Positions 1 through 8,213 of a stretch of 33,313 nucleotides of DNA are shown piece by piece. The notes beneath the pieces were generated by a model. That model was not told the origin of the DNA. It saw only the letters and a list, made by a program, of their open reading frames with translations, and searched no databases. Position 1 is the first letter of the stretch; the number at the start of each line of letters is the position of its first letter. Source of the DNA: Puniceicoccales bacterium. GTDB lineage: Bacteria > Verrucomicrobiota > Verrucomicrobiia > Opitutales > JAIRKQ01. Location of the stretch: positions 1-33,313 of the forward strand of contig JAISBO010000056.1 in the NCBI GenBank assembly GCA_031266155.1, in the 5' to 3' direction. The translations under genes were made by a program, and so were the position numbers.

Positions 1-227
1 CTTTGGCCAAAAAGGGTATACGGCTAATTGCCAAACACCGCCAAAACATGGTTCCAAACTCCCGGGAAGAAAAAAGATTCCTAAAAAAACGGTCGGCCGT
101 GGAAACTATGATTGGAAAGTTTAAAAATTTCTTCGGTGAAACACTTTCCCGTTTCCGCTCCCCACAATCCACCTATTCTGCCATTTGTGCGGCTATTATT
201 GCTTTAAATTTGGGCCCTTTATTTTGA
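1..227 (+). mobile_element. 3' end of an IS982-like (IS4/IS5-superfamily DDE) transposase ORF, truncated by the window edge
   Basis: Frame 3 is open from nt 1. The tail GIRLIAKHRQNM...LKKRSAVETMIGKFKNFF...SRFRSP...ICAAIIALNL fits, from memory, the conserved IS982-type C-terminus (GIxLI..RxNM ... KRxxIET ... LKN ... RHRS ... LxAY). The E of VET would be the DDE glutamate. No inverted repeats or left end are visible, so the element boundary is undefined. Confidence 0.6.
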
Positions 228-235
228 GTTTCGCG

Positions 236-253
236 TATATTTTATATATTTTA
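236..253. repeat. Perfect 9-nt tandem direct repeat TATATTTTA x2, just 3' of the transposase stop
   Basis: Read directly: 236-244 and 245-253 are identical. It lies in the 95-nt AT-rich spacer between the IS fragment and yraN. Confidence 0.9.
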
Positions 254-322
254 GACGGAAGGTCAAGTCAACATATACATTTTATAGATTACATATGATG
301 GATTGTCTGTGAATTCTCTGTT

Positions 323-820
323 TTAGAAAAGCTTTACATTCTCATAGTGCCATATCCTATGAGAATTTTCTATTTGATTTGCCTCAATTGCGACCACATC
401 GAATCTGTGGCAAATATTTGGAGAACTAAATCGTCTTAAATATGCTTTGCACGTCTTTCGCAAAATGTCCTTCTTTTTTTTATTCACCGCAAAATATCCC
501 GTGACAAATGCATCCGCTGACCTTAGCTTAACTTCAATAAAAACCAGAGTATTATGACATTTGTCAAATGCAATCAAGTCTATTTCTCCTTTCCCGTACG
601 TCCAATTCCTCTTTAAAATCTTAAAGCTTTTTTGTTTCAAAAAATTGGCCGCCAGGTCTTCTCCTTGTTTCCCTAAATCTATGTTCCTAGTAGTTTTTGT
701 ACGAAAAAACAAACAAATCCTTCCCCATTGTTTCGAAAGAGTTTCGATGATTCGTTTCCATATCCCCATGACTCGCCTTTGCAAAAAAAATAATACCGAC
801 CACTTAGACATAGCCGGCAT
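323..820 (-). CDS. yraN: YraN-family (UPF0102) putative endonuclease
   Basis: GEDLAANFLKQKSFKILKRNWTYGKGEIDLIAFDKCHNTLVFIEVKLRS and later RFDVVAIE match the YraN pattern (GEIDLI ... VFVEVK.R ... RFDVVA). The ATG at 820 gives 165 aa, long for the family, so the in-frame ATG at 769 (148 aa) is an alternative start. Confidence 0.75.
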   Translation of the reverse strand: MPAMSKWSVLFFLQRRVMGIWKRIIETLSKQWGRICLFFRTKTTRNIDLGKQGEDLAANFLKQKSFKILKRNWTYGKGEIDLIAFDKCHNTLVFIEVKLRSADAFVTGYFAVNKKKKDILRKTCKAYLRRFSSPNICHRFDVVAIEANQIENSHRIWHYENVKLF

Positions 821-856
821 TTGTTTTTTAGTAAAAAGTAAAATCGAGAAAGATTA

Positions 857-1135
857 TTAGGCAACCAAGTCTTTAAATTTGCTTCCCACCTTAAATTTAA
901 CCGTTTTAGAAGCTGGAATGTGAATTTTAGCATGGGTTTTTGGGTTAACTCCCGTACGGGCGGCACGTTTGGAAACCGAAAAAGACCCAAATCCTATCAA
1001 TTGGACACTTTTTTTTGTTTTGATTCCATTCATTATGGCCTGCAAAACATTGTTCAACGCACGCTCTGCGCAAGCCTTTGAACAATCATCACCGCTTAAT
1101 CTTTTTATCTCTTCTATAAGTTCAGCTTTATTCAT
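857..1135 (-). CDS. hup: HU/IHF-family nucleoid-associated DNA-binding protein
   Basis: 92 aa. MNKAELIEEI...AL..V...I...L..G..V.L.GFGSF.V..RAAR.G.NP.T...I.I.A...V.FK.G..LK is the classical HU signature. An AAGGAG Shine-Dalgarno sequence lies upstream of the ATG at 1135. Confidence 0.92.
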   Translation of the reverse strand: MNKAELIEEIKRLSGDDCSKACAERALNNVLQAIMNGIKTKKSVQLIGFGSFSVSKRAARTGVNPKTHAKIHIPASKTVKFKVGSKFKDLVA

Positions 1136-1492
1136 TATTTTACTCCTTTTGCAAATTTAGTTATTTTCACCAACCATCAATCTAGAGGAAGATAATAGAA
1201 AAGGAAATAGCCTAATGCAAGTATTTTATTGCCCAGAAACGTTTTTTCATGGGAAAAAGAGATTAATTTTTCTCAAAAATTCAAAATTTATGAAAATAAA
1301 TGAAAAATATGATGCCAAACATTTTTTTAAGTTTTACTTTTAGCATGCCATGTGAATTGCCTTTGTCCGAAGAGTCATTTCTCTTAAAATGACGTAAAAA
1401 TTTCACAACGGAAAAACCATTTACAAAAAGCCTTCTCCGTCTGAATTAGGAATATTGTTGTGTCTTGATATGTTAACAATTAAAGATTGAGC

Positions 1493-2014
1493 ATGACTAT
1501 CGAATGTTCATTTCCAAAAAAATATCCATCGCTTTTGCGCAGGGACGATGAATATTTTATGTCGATGGCATATAACCAAGCCATTGAGGCATGGAAACAC
1601 GACGAGGCTCCCGTCGGGGCCATTGCCGTTTTGGGTGACGAAATTATTGCTTCCGCATATAATTCAGTAATAACGCTAAACGACCCGACGGCTCACGCAG
1701 AAATGCAGGTTATAACGCAGGCCGCAAGGGTTATCGGTGATTGGAGATTAAATGATGTAGCAATTTACGTGACAAAGGAGCCTTGCCCCATGTGCTCCGG
1801 GGCAATGATTGTGAGCCGAGTCGGAATTATTGTTTTCGGAACGTCGGATAGAAAAATGGGCTTACTTGGTGGATGTTTTCGATTGCAGGATCTAAAAACT
1901 ATCAATCACCGCCCCGTGGTCAGGTCTGGAGTACTTGAAGAAGATTGTACCCTACTTATGCAAGCATTTTTTGCCATGAAGCGGGAGGGACAATGGCATG
2001 AAAGTTTTAAATAA
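1493..2014 (+). CDS. tadA: tRNA adenosine(34) deaminase
   Basis: CDA-fold zinc motifs HAEMQVI and PCPMCSGAM plus overall TadA-like layout. The track ORF starts at a TTG (1487), and the ATG two codons later (1493) is preferred. Confidence 0.9.
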   Translation: MTIECSFPKKYPSLLRRDDEYFMSMAYNQAIEAWKHDEAPVGAIAVLGDEIIASAYNSVITLNDPTAHAEMQVITQAARVIGDWRLNDVAIYVTKEPCPMCSGAMIVSRVGIIVFGTSDRKMGLLGGCFRLQDLKTINHRPVVRSGVLEEDCTLLMQAFFAMKREGQWHESFK

Positions 2015-2017
2015 AGA

Positions 2018-2041
2018 GTGCGACGCATTTCTGCATCGCAC
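2018..2041 (+). terminator. Hairpin 4 nt after the tadA stop (10-bp stem with one C/A mismatch, loop TTTC), no U-tract
   Basis: GTGCGACGCA-TTTC-TGCATCGCAC read directly. The downstream sequence AATACCATAC is not T-rich, so it is at best a non-canonical terminator or stability element. Confidence 0.35.
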
Positions 2042-2363
2042 AATACCATACATAATTAGATGAAGGAAAAATAAGCTCGAACAAATATTGTTCTCATCTG
2101 AGCTTATAATGAGCAATCATGCAAAATTTGCACATTTGTAAAGTAAAAAATAAAAAAATGTAAAAATATTATTATTTCCTGCGCCATCCATAAAATATCT
2201 CCATCCTTTGACATTTTAGATATAGTATCAGTTTGGTCTGTGGCTACGAACGAATTATAGCCCCATTGCTCGAAACTGACACCTTCGCAGAAGACGGTGA
2301 ATGGCAGGCAGTGTAGGAAGATTCCAGTGCTGGCCTTCTCTTTCTATCTTTAGCGTTCCATTG

Positions 2364-3980
2364 CTAAAGTTTACCATTACCTCCCTCTTCTTCTCTTGCC
2401 TGCGCTTTGTTTTTCATACGGAGAAAATTAAGATGCCATTGGGCATAAAAATTACGTGCATTACAATGGGTCTTTACTTGTTCCGATTGTTCCCATTCGT
2501 TGGGTTCTATTACTAGCTGATTATTTTTCAGTTCTTTTATTTTACTTTTTAAGGCCTGTGCTCTTGCCATAGCCGATTCGATTTGCAATCTCGTCAACCC
2601 ACATTCTCGATACATTTCTTCTAATTCGTTTAAATCAAGATTGTCTATTACGGTATATATTTCGCTATCCGCAACGGGCAGCATACAGTAGTTGCTCGTC
2701 CTTAGGCCATCGACAGCGATTCCTACGGGATAACCATCTTCGGCCACAATAACTTCTGGAATGATGCTGGCAAAACTTCGTGGAGGGTGTGTTGGAAAGG
2801 ATAGGTCATGGTCAAATGCAACTATTCGACCATCCTTCAGTAGCATTATATTGTTTGGATGTCTATCGAATTGCCCCGTTAATATATCCTGGGTTTGTAT
2901 CCAGGCTTCCAGGCGCATAAAGTCATTGTTGTATGGAATTTCTTTTTCCTCTAAAGTTTGCCAAAGGGTGAGACCATCCAGCATTTCCATGGCAATGCTA
3001 GGAACACCATTTATTTCAGCTGCAGAAACAGAGGCTATCACATGTGGAACGTTTATCCCATTTTTTTTACCAATATTGAAAAGCATATCCTGCAGCTTTG
3101 AAGTCGCTTTGTTTCGCCTATAGGATCCGCACATAGGTCCGAGGAGCATTTGCATCGATTGGGTAGCGCATGCAAATGTAGAAAAGTTTTGCCTCTGTTT
3201 GAATAGGTCGCATGGTTTTAATGCTATCGGTTCTTCTTTATTTCCTTTAGCATATGCAAGATGAACAACGTTATATCGCCCCTGGCCCACCGCCTTGGGC
3301 GGACCATTTCTTTCCAGTCCCACATAGCCTTTTTCTTTGGCCTCAAGTAACATCTCAATGGCTTCAACCTGGAGGGCAATTCCAAGGCAATTGCAGTCAC
3401 AGTCATTTTCATTTATTGACAATGACTTATTTGGAAATCGTAATAGTTCCTCATTGCTTCCGAAGTTGACCAATGCGGTTTTCAGTATCGACATTTCGTC
3501 CAATGATAAGTCATTTTTTTTCACAAAAGTTTCTAGATCATCCAAGACTCTTCTAATTTCAGGCACAAGGGTTGGTAGATTGAGTATGGCTATTCCGTTG
3601 GAAACATATTTATCCAAGACCGTAGTAAACTCCGTAATTTTATCAGCTTTAGCGCGAGCATTTGTTTGATCAGTTTCATCAATTTGATCAACCATCATTG
3701 CAAGATTGTCACTAAGGCTGCTTTCCCCATATACGAACTTTGCTACCTGTTGACATATCCGCGATCCTAGGGGGGTATAGGCGTATTCAGCTGTGATTTC
3801 GATTTTTTTTCCTGCACATGCAGCTACTATGTTACAAATTCTTCCATTTACACCTATGGTTGTTGTTCTTGATTCTTGGGCATTTTTGGCTTCATTTTGT
3901 AAATTTTCAACTATTTGTTCCAGCGACCTCATTCCTTGGGGCTTAGCCGACGTACTTGTTTGTTGTGCTATGGCGTCCAT
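2364..3980 (-). CDS. Orphan 538-aa protein with a PI3/PI4-kinase-like (atypical kinase) C-terminal core; function unknown
   Basis: Long uninterrupted ORF with an ATG start. Motifs are VGQGRYNVV...PIALKP, AMEMLDG, DILTGQFDRHPNNIML (DRHxxN, nt 2850-2867) and AFDHDLSFP. The N-terminal ~220 aa match nothing I recognise. No clear Shine-Dalgarno sequence. Confidence 0.6.
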   Translation of the reverse strand: MDAIAQQTSTSAKPQGMRSLEQIVENLQNEAKNAQESRTTTIGVNGRICNIVAACAGKKIEITAEYAYTPLGSRICQQVAKFVYGESSLSDNLAMMVDQIDETDQTNARAKADKITEFTTVLDKYVSNGIAILNLPTLVPEIRRVLDDLETFVKKNDLSLDEMSILKTALVNFGSNEELLRFPNKSLSINENDCDCNCLGIALQVEAIEMLLEAKEKGYVGLERNGPPKAVGQGRYNVVHLAYAKGNKEEPIALKPCDLFKQRQNFSTFACATQSMQMLLGPMCGSYRRNKATSKLQDMLFNIGKKNGINVPHVIASVSAAEINGVPSIAMEMLDGLTLWQTLEEKEIPYNNDFMRLEAWIQTQDILTGQFDRHPNNIMLLKDGRIVAFDHDLSFPTHPPRSFASIIPEVIVAEDGYPVGIAVDGLRTSNYCMLPVADSEIYTVIDNLDLNELEEMYRECGLTRLQIESAMARAQALKSKIKELKNNQLVIEPNEWEQSEQVKTHCNARNFYAQWHLNFLRMKNKAQAREEEGGNGKL

Positions 3981-4269
3981 TCTGAAACTTTACTCTGCTT
4001 CCTTTTAAAGTATAACTTTCCCAAGAAAATTGCACACACAAAATTTACACCATTTTTGCATTTAGAAAGGACAAACATTTCCATCTATTTACTGCAGCGG
4101 CCCCTAACGCGACCTATGAAGGCATTGCGGGCTTCAAACATCGAGAAAATTAAACAACTATCACGCAGCACTTGGTGGTAATTTTCTGGCCTTATGCACA
4201 TCTACATGCTCCGTTAAAATTATCTTGCCGGGTTTTGGAGAAAGAATACTGGTTAGACAAAAGAAAAAA

Positions 4270-5643
4270 ATGGCAAATTTGTTGCAAATTCAAAATTTCA
4301 GCCTGTCTTTCCCTCACAAAGTCTGTTTTGACAATTTTTCAGCACATATTTCGCAGGGTGATCGCATTGCCATTATCGGCCGTAACGGCAGCGGAAAGTC
4401 CTCACTTCTGAAAGCAATTGCGCAAATGGATACAAGCATTGTGACTGCATATATCCCACAAATAATTACAGATTTTGAGACTTGCAGTGGTGGTGAAAAA
4501 TTTAATAGGGCCCTCTCCATCGCCCTTGGGAGCAACCCAGATTTGATGTTGCTCGATGAGCCGACGAATCATCTGGATACCCACAATCGATCCGGGCTTC
4601 TAAGGAAATTAATGTCCTATGGCGGGACATTGATAGTGGTGACACACGATAGAGAAATTTTAAGAAATTGTGTGGATGTTTTATGGCACATAGATAATGG
4701 TAAGGTTACGATCTTTCGCGGAAAGTATGACGATTACATGAAAGAATTGCAAACCAAGCACCAGTCTCTAATGCGTCAGGTAGATCTTCTTAGGGACCAA
4801 GAAAAGGATGCCCATAGAAGCTTAATGAAGGAACAGGAAAGGGCCGCCAAAAGCAAAGCTGCCGGACAAAAGAAGGTATCCAATCGGAAATGGATGAAAT
4901 CGGTCGGAGATCTGAAGGCCATGAAGGCTGAGGTTTCTCAGGGAAGCAAGCTAAAAGCAATTACTAGGAAAAAACAAGATTTGCTTGGTCAATTGGAGCA
5001 AATCCATCTGCCCAAGGTAATCGTTCCTAGGTTCAATTTATCGGCTCAAAAGGCTGCACAAGGGGCAATCGTGTCGATTTGTGGAGGAGCCATTGGCTAT
5101 GGTGATACGTCCATTTGGAGTAATATTGATTTATCCGTTCATTCCTCGGAACGTGTTGCGCTTGTTGGCCGAAATGGTAGTGGAAAAACTACACTAATTA
5201 GAGCGATATTGAACGATCCGAAGGTAATAAAAACTGGAGATTGGCATATCCCGCCCTTAAAGGATATCGGTGTGTTGGATCAACACTATAAAACCCTTCC
5301 TCTCCATAGGTCAGCACTGGAAATAATATCCGAGGTTGCCCCGGAATGGAGCCACGCTGAAATCCGCCGTCACCTGAACGATTTTCTTTTTCGAAAAAAT
5401 GAGGAGACATCGGAAGCCGTTGAAAATCTATCGGGAGGGGAAAGGGCACGCCTTTCCCTAGCTCAGATTGCAGCTCACCCGCCTAAACTTCTCATTTTAG
5501 ACGAAATTACTAACAATTTAGACTTGGAAACCTGCGACCATGTCATTCAAATACTGCGTGAATATCCGGGTTCCATGATAGTTGTTTCCCACGATGAAAC
5601 TTTCCTGGAAGAAATAAAAATTGATAAATACTACGGCAGGTAA
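4270..5643 (+). CDS. ABC-F family ATPase (two ABC domains, no transmembrane domain) with a minimised first domain
   Basis: NBD1 has GRNGSGKS (Walker A), CSGGEK (signature), LMLLDEPTNHLD (Walker B) and VVTHD (H-loop). A charged ~90-aa linker follows. NBD2 has GRNGSGKT, LSGGERARL, LLILDEITNNLD and VVSHD. The track ORF starts at a TTG (4225), and the ATG at 4270 (MANLLQIQNFS) matches typical ABC-F N-termini. Confidence 0.85.
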   Translation: MANLLQIQNFSLSFPHKVCFDNFSAHISQGDRIAIIGRNGSGKSSLLKAIAQMDTSIVTAYIPQIITDFETCSGGEKFNRALSIALGSNPDLMLLDEPTNHLDTHNRSGLLRKLMSYGGTLIVVTHDREILRNCVDVLWHIDNGKVTIFRGKYDDYMKELQTKHQSLMRQVDLLRDQEKDAHRSLMKEQERAAKSKAAGQKKVSNRKWMKSVGDLKAMKAEVSQGSKLKAITRKKQDLLGQLEQIHLPKVIVPRFNLSAQKAAQGAIVSICGGAIGYGDTSIWSNIDLSVHSSERVALVGRNGSGKTTLIRAILNDPKVIKTGDWHIPPLKDIGVLDQHYKTLPLHRSALEIISEVAPEWSHAEIRRHLNDFLFRKNEETSEAVENLSGGERARLSLAQIAAHPPKLLILDEITNNLDLETCDHVIQILREYPGSMIVVSHDETFLEEIKIDKYYGR

Positions 5644-5698
5644 ATACCAGCCATTCGACATTTATATTTCCCAGGGCATGCCATAGAAAAATTCACCG

Positions 5699-6193
5699 CT
5701 AATCTTTCATGTTCCCTGCTTCCCTGTCGATTCGAAGGACAGCACAAGCATCATCTCCGGCAAATTTTAAACGGTCGACAAAGTGTTGGGTTTGGCTTTC
5801 CTCTTCGATTTGCTCCGTTACGAACCAGTTTAACATATTTTGGGATTCATAGTCTTTCAGTGAAACGGCCAAATCGTATATTTTGTGGATTAGACCGGTG
5901 ACTTTCCTTTCATGGTTAAGAGCAACCTCGAAGGCATTTAGTGGAGATTTATAGTCCGTTGAAGCTTGGGCAATGGGCAATAATTCGACTTTTACACCGC
6001 GGGAGACCGAATAGTCGTAGAATTTCATGCCATGCTCGATTTCTTCCTTTGCCTGCCTGCGCATCCATTCGGCAATACCTGCGAAGGACAATGATTCCAT
6101 CGCAGCTGCCATTCCAAGATATATGTAGGCGGATTCAAGCTCATTCCGAATCTGCTCAATTACCAGTTTTTCAAGATCTTTCGATATTTTCAT
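5699..6193 (-). CDS. ftn: Non-haem ferritin
   Basis: 164 aa. IRNELESAYIYLGMAA...EEIEHGMKFYDY...ALNHE...LNWFVTEQIEEE carries the ferroxidase-centre E/H pattern of bacterial Ftn. A GAAGGAA Shine-Dalgarno sequence lies upstream. Confidence 0.9.
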   Translation of the reverse strand: MKISKDLEKLVIEQIRNELESAYIYLGMAAAMESLSFAGIAEWMRRQAKEEIEHGMKFYDYSVSRGVKVELLPIAQASTDYKSPLNAFEVALNHERKVTGLIHKIYDLAVSLKDYESQNMLNWFVTEQIEEESQTQHFVDRLKFAGDDACAVLRIDREAGNMKD

Positions 6194-6208
6194 ATATTCC
6201 TTCTTCCA

Positions 6209-6709
6209 TTACCATAGGTTGTAATGGATTCTCGACGAGTCAAGACGATTGTCAGGTTTTGCCGGGCTCTTCAAGTGCCCTATGGGAATCCACGTAAATG
6301 GAACGATATGTGATGGCAGTTGGAAATAGTTTCTAAAATTTTCGATGTGGGATTCGTTTGGATATAGGCCGACCCAGACGGCTCCGAGGCCGAGGTCACT
6401 GATGGCAATCAAAATATTTTCAGCAATGGCTGCACAGTTTTGATCAAAAAATTCTTTGAGGATTTCTTTCCCAGGTTCGCCGCAGACAAGAATTCCGGCA
6501 GATGCTTGCAGTGACATGTTCGCATAGGGATGAATCTTTGCCACACCATCCAGTTTTTCCCGTTCGGTGACGACCACGAAATGTCCCGGGGCAGAATGCA
6601 TGGCCGATGGTGCTGACATTCCCGCATGGACTAGTTTCTCTAGAATGTCCCTAGAAATTTCGCCGGGTTTAAAATCCCTTACACTGTGCCGCGATAAAAT
6701 TGCTTCCAT
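6209..6709 (-). CDS. Nitroreductase-family flavoprotein
   Basis: The N-terminus ILSRHSVRDFKPGEISRDILEKLVHAGMSAPSAMHSAPGHFVVV matches the RRSxRxF ... APSxxNxQPW pattern of the family, and the size is typical. An AAGGAAG Shine-Dalgarno sequence lies upstream. Confidence 0.8.
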   Translation of the reverse strand: MEAILSRHSVRDFKPGEISRDILEKLVHAGMSAPSAMHSAPGHFVVVTEREKLDGVAKIHPYANMSLQASAGILVCGEPGKEILKEFFDQNCAAIAENILIAISDLGLGAVWVGLYPNESHIENFRNYFQLPSHIVPFTWIPIGHLKSPAKPDNRLDSSRIHYNLW

Positions 6710-6736
6710 AAAACTTCCTTTTAAAATTTGAACTCG

Positions 6737-7615
6737 TCAAAGGAATTTAACAACCATTTGAGAAATTTCTATCAAAAAGGTTTCGACACACGCCATAAAA
6801 TTCACATTTAGTGCGATGAGGTACGCTTTGCCCTCCAGATTCGAGATAATTTTTGGGAAAATTTTTACGTGTTCCAGCCTACTTCTAAAAAAATTTGCCG
6901 TTTCATTTTCAATTTGTGCCAGGAACAATCCGTAAATTCCTTGTTTATTCAGCTGTTCTCCTGGGAAATCGTCCGTTACCGGTTCTTCAAGAAGATTAGC
7001 CAAAAGAGCTTCGAGTTGCGTCAGCAGCAAATACATCTGCATGATGGCACTGTTTTTTTTCTCACAATTTGTATCGAATAGCAACGATAACCATGCCGAA
7101 TAGTTCGCCAGCCAAATTTGCATTTCCTTATTCCCGAAAAGTTCGCCATCGGAAGACAGTCGCGTGACCGAACACCTGCCGACGATGGTCGGTAAAATGG
7201 CATGCAACCTAGACGTTGTTAGGAAGATTATCGTATCCTCGGGGGGTTCTTCGAGGGTTTTTAGAAATGCATTGGCCGCTGCACCATGCATTTTCCCAGC
7301 GTCATAAATCACCACAAATTTCTTCTCACAGACCTTTGGGGATAGGTAAACCGTCGAGCACAGTTCCCGAATTTGATCGACGGAAATTCGCATCATCGCC
7401 CCAACCGGCCGAACCTGTAGAAAATCTACGCAGGTTTCAGGGTTTTCCCGTTGAAGAACTTTTGCGGCAAAGAGCATGGCCACCCCATTGCAAACCTCAA
7501 TATCCTTGCAAACCAGAAGGTTTGAATTGGGCAAACTTCCGTTTCCATAGGATTCTAGTAGCGATGTGAATCCCTGCTGGTTTTTAATTTTTGAAAAATC
7601 TTTCTGCAAATTCAT
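6737..7615 (-). CDS. holB: DNA polymerase III subunit delta'
   Basis: AANAFLKTLEEPPEDTIIFLTT and ILPTIVGRC are hallmark clamp-loader delta' motifs, and the P-loop is degenerate as expected. The position directly after tmk is the usual arrangement. Confidence 0.85.
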   Translation of the reverse strand: MNLQKDFSKIKNQQGFTSLLESYGNGSLPNSNLLVCKDIEVCNGVAMLFAAKVLQRENPETCVDFLQVRPVGAMMRISVDQIRELCSTVYLSPKVCEKKFVVIYDAGKMHGAAANAFLKTLEEPPEDTIIFLTTSRLHAILPTIVGRCSVTRLSSDGELFGNKEMQIWLANYSAWLSLLFDTNCEKKNSAIMQMYLLLTQLEALLANLLEEPVTDDFPGEQLNKQGIYGLFLAQIENETANFFRSRLEHVKIFPKIISNLEGKAYLIALNVNFMACVETFLIEISQMVVKFL

Positions 7616-8213
7616 TCCTTATTTTTCCATGGATTATTTCCTCATTATCGGTGCCATCAACCATAAAAAATCTAGCATTTCCTTTTGCCAACCCCAAATA
7701 TCCATTGCGGATCTTTTCGAAAAAACTTTCATCTTCCTGCTCGATTCTATCGCGGGAACCATCTTCCAAAGCAATGCGCCTAAAGCTTTCTGCGACGCTT
7801 ATGTTTGGGAAAATTGTCATGTCGGGAATACATCCGCATAGGGCGAATTCGTTTAAAAATTGCACGGTATGCGGATCGACTGCCCGTGCAACACCTTGAT
7901 AAACGACGGTCGAATCGGAAAATCTGTCGCACAGGACAATTTTCCCAGATTTTATGGCCGGCGAAATTTTTTCGTCCACGTGTTGCGCTCGACTAGCTTC
8001 AAACAGCAATATTTCCGTCCGTATGGAGAAAACATCACCTTTATTACCATCCAGCAGAAGGTTGCGAATTTTTTCTCCGAGCTCCGTTCCCCCAGGCTCG
8101 CGGGTCACGATAACATCTTTCCCACTGGCACGTAACCAATTTGCCAGCATGTTTAGCTGGGTGCTTTTCCCGCAGCCCTCAATTCCTTCAAACGTAACGA
8201 ATATCCCACTCAT
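7584..8213 (-). CDS. tmk: Thymidylate kinase
   Basis: FVTFEGIEGCGKSTQ...LTREPGGT...DRF..S..AYQG pattern. The ATG overlaps the stop of the upstream gene (ATGA). Confidence 0.95.
   Translation of the reverse strand: MSGIFVTFEGIEGCGKSTQLNMLANWLRASGKDVIVTREPGGTELGEKIRNLLLDGNKGDVFSIRTEILLFEASRAQHVDEKISPAIKSGKIVLCDRFSDSTVVYQGVARAVDPHTVQFLNEFALCGCIPDMTIFPNISVAESFRRIALEDGSRDRIEQEDESFFEKIRNGYLGLAKGNARFFMVDGTDNEEIIHGKIRNEFAERFFKN

Noticed and set aside
474-481. Homopolymeric A/T runs of 8 nt in coding regions (yraN at 474-481 and 783-790, kinase-like gene near 3803-3810), considered as contingency loci.
   Set aside because: Runs of this length are expected in an AT-rich genome with Lys-rich proteins. 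All the ORFs are in frame, and there is no population data to suggest length variation.
7584-7615. 32-nt overlap between the tmk 3' end and the holB start, considered as a possible frameshift or fusion signal.
   Set aside because: Both ORFs are complete with normal family termini. tmk-holB adjacency with short overlaps is commonplace, and no alternative in-frame holB start exists downstream.
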